This document shows, piece by piece, positions 57,186 through 64,000 of a DNA stretch of 64,000 nucleotides; the stretch's first letter is position 1; each line of letters begins with the position of its first letter. Both the position numbers and the translations under genes were made by a program. Source of the stretch: Cyanobacteria bacterium auto_48_18 (GTDB lineage: Bacteria; Cyanobacteriota; Vampirovibrionia; Obscuribacterales; Obscuribacteraceae); assembly GCA_036170915.1 (NCBI GenBank), contig JAVHQC010000033.1, positions 64,001 through 128,000 on the forward strand. Direction: 5' to 3'. Below the pieces are notes generated by a model. It did no database searches. It was not told where the DNA came from and worked only from the letters and a program-made list of their open reading frames with translations.

Positions 57186-58085
57186 TTATTTGATGTCGGA
57201 AACGAAACCGAGACCAGCTGCTTTTTTACCGTCTAAAGCGGCCAGTTCTTTGTGAATCAAAGCGCGATTGTAATAGGCAGAGGCCAATTTGTCATCGAGT
57301 TCAATAGCTTTGTTGGCATCATTCAATGCTTGTTCAAGCTTGTTGATGTGCATGCAAACTTTAGCGCGATTAGAATAACCGCGTGCCGACTTAGGATTGA
57401 TATCGAGAGCTTTATCACAGTCAGCAAGCGCTTTGTCATATTCTTTCAAGCTAACTAAAGCGTGAGCGCGATTGACTAGAGCTGGTGAAAAATCAGGTTT
57501 TAATTGCAGTGCTTTATCGCAATCAGAAATCGCTTCTTTGTGGCGACCTAATTTATTCAGTGCGTGTGCTCTATTTGTGTAAGCGATGGTTAGTTTTGGC
57601 TCGAGAGCTACGGCTTTGGTGGCATCATCGACTGCTTTTTCAAATTGATTCAATTCGATTTCGGCCCAAGCTCTATTGTTGTAAGCCATATAAAGTTTGG
57701 CATCGAGGCTGATTGCTTTAGTGCAATCTTCTGCTGCTTTTTTGTACTGATGGGAAAGCATATAGGCGTTGGCGCGATTGGCGTAGGCTCGGGCGTAATT
57801 TGGGCTCAAGCGAATCGCTTCATCAAATTTGGCCATGGCTTCATGACCTTTATGTTCGCCTAATAGCTTGACGGCTGCCTGGAGGGCGGCGTAGGCTTCA
57901 GGATTTTCTTTGCCGGCTTTTTTGGTAACTTTGACTGTTTGGACCGTAGTAGTTTTAACTGGTCCGGCTGCACTTACAGTCTCGTTTAAACCGAAACCGG
58001 TGAGCGCAGTTACAACTAATGCGCAGCTAACTGCTTTTGCTACCATTACATTCACCTTTGTTGCCAAGTTATCAGTGCCCTGCAT
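57186..58085 (-). CDS. Secreted tetratricopeptide repeat protein
   Basis: Signal-like N-terminus; repeated AYxNRA...A..D..KA units. Confidence 0.9.
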   Translation of the reverse strand: MQGTDNLATKVNVMVAKAVSCALVVTALTGFGLNETVSAAGPVKTTTVQTVKVTKKAGKENPEAYAALQAAVKLLGEHKGHEAMAKFDEAIRLSPNYARAYANRANAYMLSHQYKKAAEDCTKAISLDAKLYMAYNNRAWAEIELNQFEKAVDDATKAVALEPKLTIAYTNRAHALNKLGRHKEAISDCDKALQLKPDFSPALVNRAHALVSLKEYDKALADCDKALDINPKSARGYSNRAKVCMHINKLEQALNDANKAIELDDKLASAYYNRALIHKELAALDGKKAAGLGFVSDIK

Positions 58086-58124
58086 TAACCATCCTCCAGT
58101 AAAAAAGCTTTTGAATTATCCCAT

Positions 58125-59657
58125 TTATTGATTGACAGTGCCATTGCCCTTGGCTTGCCCAGTGATACCAGTGGTTGAAGCGGCCGGGGTTGTGGCAGGC
58201 GCTGGATTTGATGTGGTGGTCGAACTTGATGTGGTTGCAGCAGGTTGGGCTTGCGCCTGCTTGATTACCTCATCGCTCAATTTTATATCAGCACTTTTGC
58301 GATGCTCACGCATCCATTTTTGCTGTGCCTGGTCTTTATTAACAGCCGACAAAATTTCTTTCAATTGAACTTTGACTTCAGAAAGCGGCTGATAACCGCC
58401 TTTTTGTCTTTCAGTAACTTTGACTACGTGATAGCCGAAATTAGTTTCCACTACCTCTGGTGCCACAGTGCCGGCTGGAAGTTTGTTCACCACCGCCATA
58501 ATTTTTAAAATGTCTGGAGCCATAGGCGTCGACATATCTTTAAAGCCCAGGTCGCCGCCATTTTTTGCCTGACGTGCAGGCAGGTCATCAGAATAGGTGT
58601 CAGCAAGAGTTTTGAAATCGGCACCGCTTCTCGCTTTTTTCAAGAGTTCTTTAGCACTGGCGAGTTTGTCGTCTTTAACCCGTTTTACTTCAGCATCAAG
58701 AGCTGCGCCGGTTAAACTTGGATCTTGCTCTTTAATTTGCGTCTTAACGCTTTTGAGCGGGCCGGCATCAACTGCTGGAGCGGCCAAAACAATGTGAGCC
58801 AGTCTGACTCGATCACCATGCTTGAATTTTTCTTTGTTCTTTTCGTATTCCTGTGCCACCAGTTCGTCACTGACAGGAGCGTCTTTAGCAATTCTGTCGA
58901 GCATGAATTTGATCATCTGGGAGGCGATTATTTCGTTTTGAATTTGGTCTGGCGTTTCGCGTGAAGAATCTACAAATTGTTTGTATTTCTTGGTGTTTTT
59001 AATAGCGACAAAGTTGTTAACTGCTTTTTGTTTGAAACCAGCTTTGTATGCTTCTTTTAGAACTAGTTCACGATTGACCATTTCGCTCAGCAACTGGCTT
59101 TCGATTAGCTTGGTGCCGCACTTAAATGCCAGCCCTAAATTGAGCACTTGCTCATTGAATTGCGCTTCTGTCATTTTTCTTTCTTTAAGGAAAGCGGCCA
59201 GTGTTTTGCCTTCAAGCGCTTGTGGCGAATGAGAAGATTCAAGCATGCGTTTTTTTTCTTCATCAGTAAGCGTCAAGCCTGCTTGATTGGCTTGAGCTAG
59301 AAGTTCGCCCATTCTTTCTGGTTGCAAACTGAGCATTGACTGCAGCGAAATCACTGCGTTTTGAAATTCTTTTCTGAAAGTGCCGACTGTAATAGGCGAG
59401 CCTTCCACTGTACAAATCACGGTAGTGCCAGGCATTTTCAGCAGGTTCATAGAGCCTACCGGTTTAAGTTGAGGCAGATCGTCTAGTTCAGATTTTAAAT
59501 TGTCGGCATTTGAAGTTGGAGGTTTAAGGTCGGCTGTAACCACTTTAGTGGTGGTGCCGGTGGTGCTGGTTTCTGTTTTCTTATCGCCCTGACAGCCGCT
59601 GACGGTGAGGGTTAAAGAAAGTGCCAAAAGGCTGGTATAGATATGATTGCGGTTCAC
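58125..59657 (-). CDS. Parvulin-type peptidyl-prolyl isomerase lipoprotein (PrsA/SurA-like)
   Basis: Lipobox VSGC; RLAHIV, DFKTLADTYSDD, GGDLGF, ETNFGYHVVKV. Confidence 0.88.
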   Translation of the reverse strand: MNRNHIYTSLLALSLTLTVSGCQGDKKTETSTTGTTTKVVTADLKPPTSNADNLKSELDDLPQLKPVGSMNLLKMPGTTVICTVEGSPITVGTFRKEFQNAVISLQSMLSLQPERMGELLAQANQAGLTLTDEEKKRMLESSHSPQALEGKTLAAFLKERKMTEAQFNEQVLNLGLAFKCGTKLIESQLLSEMVNRELVLKEAYKAGFKQKAVNNFVAIKNTKKYKQFVDSSRETPDQIQNEIIASQMIKFMLDRIAKDAPVSDELVAQEYEKNKEKFKHGDRVRLAHIVLAAPAVDAGPLKSVKTQIKEQDPSLTGAALDAEVKRVKDDKLASAKELLKKARSGADFKTLADTYSDDLPARQAKNGGDLGFKDMSTPMAPDILKIMAVVNKLPAGTVAPEVVETNFGYHVVKVTERQKGGYQPLSEVKVQLKEILSAVNKDQAQQKWMREHRKSADIKLSDEVIKQAQAQPAATTSSSTTTSNPAPATTPAASTTGITGQAKGNGTVNQ

Positions 59658-59671
59658 GATTCTTTTCTTCC

Positions 59672-62600
59672 TTATGCCGGTTTGGCTGTATAGTTTGCCA
59701 CCATTGCGCCTAAGAGTTCATCGAGCAAGTCGAGTTGATCTTCAGGGTCATCGCCTTGCGATTTAACCAGAATGTATGGGCTTGAACCCTGACCACCAGC
59801 GATACCAGGCTTGTATGTGGTGCGGCTGGCCAGATGCTTGGGCAGGCGGTTCTGAATAGGAATCCACTGTTGCAAGCGGAAAGGTACGTAGAGTCTCAAG
59901 CCTTGCATATCAGGTTTAATCGATTGAACGTTAGCAGCGCTTGCCACCAGGCGCAGTTTTACAACTTTTGTTAGTTGTTCGGTCTCTTTTGGAATGGTGC
60001 CGAAGCGGTCGCGCCATTCATCCAAAAGCATACTCAGTTCACGATTTGACTTAACATCAGCCAGGCGTTTATATTCGATTAGTCTTTGTTCGTTGTCTTC
60101 TATATAAGATTCAGGAATGAAGGCAGTAACGTTGATATCAACTGCGGTATCAGCCTCGATTACAGGGGCTTCGCCTTTCAGCTCCGCAACTGATTCTTCT
60201 AAGATTTTGCAGTAAAGCTCGAAGCCTACTGAAATCATATGCCCGTGCTGTTCGGATCCCAGAATATTACCGACGCCTCTAATTTCCATATCGCGCAAAG
60301 CAATTTGATAACCAGAACCAAGCGATGTAAATTCGCGAATCGCTTTAAGACGTCCTTGTGCTTGCTCCGACAGTACTTTCGAAGGTGTGTAGAGGCAGTA
60401 GGCATAGGCCTGCACGTCAGAGCGGCCCACCCGTCCACGCAGCTGGTACATTTGCGCCAGACCCAATTTGTCTGCATCATTAATGATGATGGTGTTGGTG
60501 TTGGGAATGTCGAGACCAGATTCAATAATGGTGGTGCAAACAAGCACATCGTATTCGTGAGCAAAGAAAGCAAGCATGACATTTTCAAGATCGCGCTCGT
60601 TCATCTGACCGTGACCGATGCCGATGCGGGCTTCAGGCACCAGTTGCTTCACTTCAAAGGCAATTTGCTCGATATTTTCCACACGGTTGTGAACGAAATA
60701 AACTTGTCCGCCGCGTTCCATCTCATGCAAAATTGCAGTACGTACCAGAGGCAGTTTGTATTCGCCCACAAATGTTTTAATTGGTGCCCGGTTAATTGGC
60801 GGCGTATTAATCTGAGACATGTCGCGCGCGCCAGAGAGAGCCATATAGAGCGTACGAGGAATTGGCGTGGCCGACATCGTCATTACGTCGACCATCACTC
60901 TCAATTGTTTTAGTTTCTCTTTGTGAGCAACGCCGAATCTTTGCTCTTCGTCGATAACTACCAGACCGAGATCTTTAAAGGCAATATCTTTCTGCAACAT
61001 GCGGTGAGTGCCGATGACCACATCGCATTCTCCGGTGCCCAGACGTCTGGCCACTTCTCTTTGCTCTTTAGCTGTACGGAAGCGCGATAGCAAGCCAACT
61101 TTAATCGGATATGGTGCAAAGCGCTCGGCCATGGTGTTGTAGTGCTGTTGGGCAAGGATTGTGGTGGGCACAAGAATTGCCACTTGCTTGCCTGACATTA
61201 CTGTTTTGAACACGCCACGAATAGCAACTTCAGTTTTGCCGAAACCAACGTCTCCGCAAATTAAGCGATCCATCGGTTTATTCGATTCTAGATCGCCTTT
61301 CATGTCTTGAATGGCTTGCCACTGGTCAGGAGTTTCTTCGTAAGGGAAAGCTTCTTCCATCTCGTACTGCCACGGTGTATCGGGCGTGCACTGGAAACCT
61401 TCTTGCTTAGCGCGAATGGCATATAAGTTGACCAGATCTTCGGCCACTTGTTTGACCGATTTTTTAACTCTACGCTTAGTCGATTCCCACTCGGCACCAC
61501 CAAGCCTCGAAAGTCTCGGCGGGTTGTCGCCGGCACCGCGATAACGAGAAAGTAAATTGATTTGATCAACCGGCACATAGAGTTTATCTTCACCGGCATA
61601 TTGCACGGCTAAAAATTCTCGTTGCTGAGAGTCGACATTGATTCTGGTGACACCAATAAACTGACCGATGCCGTGCTTCATGTGCACCACATAGTCGCTC
61701 ACTTTGAGATCGGCTACTGAAGTGAAGCGCTCATAGTTTTTCTCGGCTACTGGTCTTCTATAAACAGTGGGTTTGCGTTTGACACCAAACATTTCGGCGT
61801 CGGTTACTGATACCAGATTGATGTCGTTTAGTTTGAAACCATGGGTAAAACCATGGCGACACACCCAGACTACAGGCCCACTTTCCGGCGTGGTGCCCTT
61901 TAAGGCATCAGCTCCCGGCATTTTACCTGACAGCGCATCATCTAAAGCCGAAATTGAAAGAGAGGGCGGCTTAGCACTGCCTGGGCCAATTGGTCCGGCA
62001 CCAGAGCTGAGGCCGGTTTTGGACGGATCTCCAGCACCATTTTCTTCTACTGGTGTAATGTGACTGTCAAGGCTGTCGTCGCTCTGCGAAAGATAAGCGG
62101 CTGGACAATCCCATTCTTTCATGATGCCGAGCAAGCGCTGCGGCTGTTCGGTTGAAATCAGTACGTTCAGGCCTTCACGGCGCCATGAACGCACTTTTTC
62201 AGCCATGACTTCAATTTGATTGCCGAAACGTTCGACCGGTTGGCAATCAAAATTCACCACAGATGGTGAACCGGCTTCTGCATCCATTGCCAGTGGCAGA
62301 GTCGATACGTAAATTCGCTGATGGGGTTTTAGTTGCTCGGTCACTTCACGAGCGCTCAAGTGCAATGGTCTTGGTAGCGGCAACAAGCGACCGGTCTCGA
62401 GCCCTTCCTTAAAAGCGTTGTCGAGTTTTTCTTGATAAGAAGATAGGGCGGCAAGCAATGTGTCCCATTCATCTAATACGATCAAACTATTGGGTTTGAT
62501 GTAATCGCAAATGGTGGCAAATTGATTGTGTACATATGGCGCGTAATATTCAACCGATTCCGGATAGCGGCCAGCAGCCAGAGCTTCCAGATCGCTTTCC

Positions 62601-63445
62601 ATTACCGTTCTTAGTGTTTCGGCTGATGATTCGGATAATTTTGAGGCTGCTTCTTCTGTCACCGCGCGCAGTGTATCAACAAGTACAAGTCTTGCCTCTT
62701 CGCTCTGCTCGGCGACAATCCACCAGCGCGGCACAATCAAACAAGTCTCTAATGTTTCAATAGAACGCTGCGTATCAATATTGAAGACGCGCATCGATTC
62801 AATTTCATCACCGAATAATTCAATTCTGAAAGGTGATCCGCACGAGGGATAAATATCGACAATATCGCCTCTGACACTAAACTCACCGCGCAGCGTCACC
62901 AGCGATTCTCTTGAATAACCAAGATTGGCCAGTCGTCGGGCCACTTCTTGAGTATCAATGGTTTCGCCGACGCTTAGTCGCAGACAATTTTCTGCTAATT
63001 GTTCTGGTGCTAAAACTCGCTGGCTCAGGGCGCGAGCGGTGACAACACAGATGAAGGGATCTTGTGGACGTTCCTGACAGTGCCGCAATACTTCCAGCTG
63101 AGCGGCAATATTGTCAGGGCTCGACAGTACTTGTTCGTATGGTGAAACTTCAGAACTGGGATAGACATAAATTGGATACTTACTTAAATTGGTAAGCTCC
63201 TGGTGATATCGTGCGCCCGTATGGTTGTCTTGCACCACCAGGAAAATGGACCTTTTTGTCTCGTGACTCAATACTGAGAGTACAAGCGACTTTGCTGAGT
63301 CAGTCAGCCCTGTCAAATTGAGCTCGCCTGTACCACCTTTCGCTGTTCGAGCGAGAAGTCGCGCATATTGCGGGCTTGAGATAAAGAGCTGGTGCAGTTT
63401 CGCTGCGAGGTTGCTGTTGCGCATTTGTGGCGGGATCCCTATCAC
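59672..63445 (-). CDS. mfd: Transcription-repair coupling factor
   Basis: GEFSVRGDIVD, VVHMKHGIG, CGDVGFGKTEVA, DEEQRFGV, SATPIPRTL, QLRGRVGRS; start approximate. Confidence 0.97.
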   Translation of the reverse strand: MIGIPPQMRNSNLAAKLHQLFISSPQYARLLARTAKGGTGELNLTGLTDSAKSLVLSVLSHETKRSIFLVVQDNHTGARYHQELTNLSKYPIYVYPSSEVSPYEQVLSSPDNIAAQLEVLRHCQERPQDPFICVVTARALSQRVLAPEQLAENCLRLSVGETIDTQEVARRLANLGYSRESLVTLRGEFSVRGDIVDIYPSCGSPFRIELFGDEIESMRVFNIDTQRSIETLETCLIVPRWWIVAEQSEEARLVLVDTLRAVTEEAASKLSESSAETLRTVMESDLEALAAGRYPESVEYYAPYVHNQFATICDYIKPNSLIVLDEWDTLLAALSSYQEKLDNAFKEGLETGRLLPLPRPLHLSAREVTEQLKPHQRIYVSTLPLAMDAEAGSPSVVNFDCQPVERFGNQIEVMAEKVRSWRREGLNVLISTEQPQRLLGIMKEWDCPAAYLSQSDDSLDSHITPVEENGAGDPSKTGLSSGAGPIGPGSAKPPSLSISALDDALSGKMPGADALKGTTPESGPVVWVCRHGFTHGFKLNDINLVSVTDAEMFGVKRKPTVYRRPVAEKNYERFTSVADLKVSDYVVHMKHGIGQFIGVTRINVDSQQREFLAVQYAGEDKLYVPVDQINLLSRYRGAGDNPPRLSRLGGAEWESTKRRVKKSVKQVAEDLVNLYAIRAKQEGFQCTPDTPWQYEMEEAFPYEETPDQWQAIQDMKGDLESNKPMDRLICGDVGFGKTEVAIRGVFKTVMSGKQVAILVPTTILAQQHYNTMAERFAPYPIKVGLLSRFRTAKEQREVARRLGTGECDVVIGTHRMLQKDIAFKDLGLVVIDEEQRFGVAHKEKLKQLRVMVDVMTMSATPIPRTLYMALSGARDMSQINTPPINRAPIKTFVGEYKLPLVRTAILHEMERGGQVYFVHNRVENIEQIAFEVKQLVPEARIGIGHGQMNERDLENVMLAFFAHEYDVLVCTTIIESGLDIPNTNTIIINDADKLGLAQMYQLRGRVGRSDVQAYAYCLYTPSKVLSEQAQGRLKAIREFTSLGSGYQIALRDMEIRGVGNILGSEQHGHMISVGFELYCKILEESVAELKGEAPVIEADTAVDINVTAFIPESYIEDNEQRLIEYKRLADVKSNRELSMLLDEWRDRFGTIPKETEQLTKVVKLRLVASAANVQSIKPDMQGLRLYVPFRLQQWIPIQNRLPKHLASRTTYKPGIAGGQGSSPYILVKSQGDDPEDQLDLLDELLGAMVANYTAKPA

Positions 63446-63621
63446 CTGGTGCCAAATCGATCTCTGGTTTCAAAACCGTGCCTTCACTGCAAAAAGTGCG
63501 GGCATCAGTAGTATTTTGCCGATTTGGGAAAGAGGCATTTTACCATTTTGGTCTCGCGACAAACTACACGTGTAACGGGCTCTAAAGGGTTACATCTTGT
63601 ATTATTGCTATAAATTGTAGG

Positions 63622-64000
63622 ATGGAGACGCGAGTGCGAAAACGAGCAAGGCTGAGTTTGAGCCTGGTCACGGCCATTAACCTGGCTTTTAGTGCCGCCA
63701 CTTTGCTTGCTTTAGCTGAGGGTGCCCGTTATCGCCCAGATACAGAACCGCATATGGAGCAGGGCATCAAATTTTTGCGTGCCAAACAGCTCGACCAGGC
63801 ACGTAAGGAATTCGACACTGTAGTCAAGATGGAGCCGTCCATTCCTGATGCCTACAACAATATCGGCCTCTCCTATGCCTACGAAAACAACGTCAACAAA
63901 GCAATTCAATATTATCGCAAGGCTCTAAGCATCGAGCCTCTCTACGTGCCGTCTTTGAACAATCTTGGGCTTGTGCTCTACTCCACCGGCAAGGCTGAAG
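63622..64000 (+). CDS. Secreted TPR protein, 3'-truncated by the window edge (absent from the ORF track)
   Basis: Translates as METRVRKRARLSLSLVTAINLAFSAATLLALAE...DAYNNIGLSYAY...KALSIEP...LNNLGLVLY. Confidence 0.85.
   Translation, partial: METRVRKRARLSLSLVTAINLAFSAATLLALAEGARYRPDTEPHMEQGIKFLRAKQLDQARKEFDTVVKMEPSIPDAYNNIGLSYAYENNVNKAIQYYRKALSIEPLYVPSLNNLGLVLYSTGKAE

Noticed and set aside
60239..60913. Long antisense ORFs here and within korA, katE, serA and others
   Set aside because: They lie wholly opposite well-supported genes and have no motifs
61880..62095. Insertion in Mfd as an intein
   Set aside because: It is a short Gly/Ser/Pro-rich loop of about 70 aa with no intein terminal motifs

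Overview
This 64 kb bacterial window is mostly ordinary chromosome. The gene set combines cyanobacterial-type NDH-1 subunits, Mfd and PlsC-like proteins with futalosine-pathway mqnD, a 2-oxoacid:ferredoxin oxidoreductase and many secreted TPR or hypothetical proteins, and it has no photosynthesis genes. By inference this points to a non-photosynthetic cyanobacterial relative (Vampirovibrionia/Melainabacteria, Obscuribacterales-like). Housekeeping genes include ndhD, ndhF, korAB, serC, serA, mqnD, katE, carbonic anhydrase, murE, rpmA, rplU, ahpC, hemL, comF, prs, a PPIase and mfd. One complete group II intron (23086-25001) is present. The main candidates for something new are: (1) a tightly coupled operon of an Asp/Glu-type racemase plus three different ATP-grasp ligases (37728-41688), suggesting an undescribed D-amino-acid peptide or polymer pathway; (2) a 66-bp element built from hexamers spaced by 6 bp (CTAAG / TACAAC-N6-GTTGTA twice / CTTAG), found twice 34 kb apart, with one copy forming the intron's insertion site; (3) an ethylene-receptor-type histidine kinase with two altered pocket residues; (4) a secreted SESGG-repeat protein next to two Cys-motif membrane paralogues; and (5) an active metallopeptidase paired with an apparent pseudo-peptidase. 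All product calls come from motif recognition by eye; no database searches were run.
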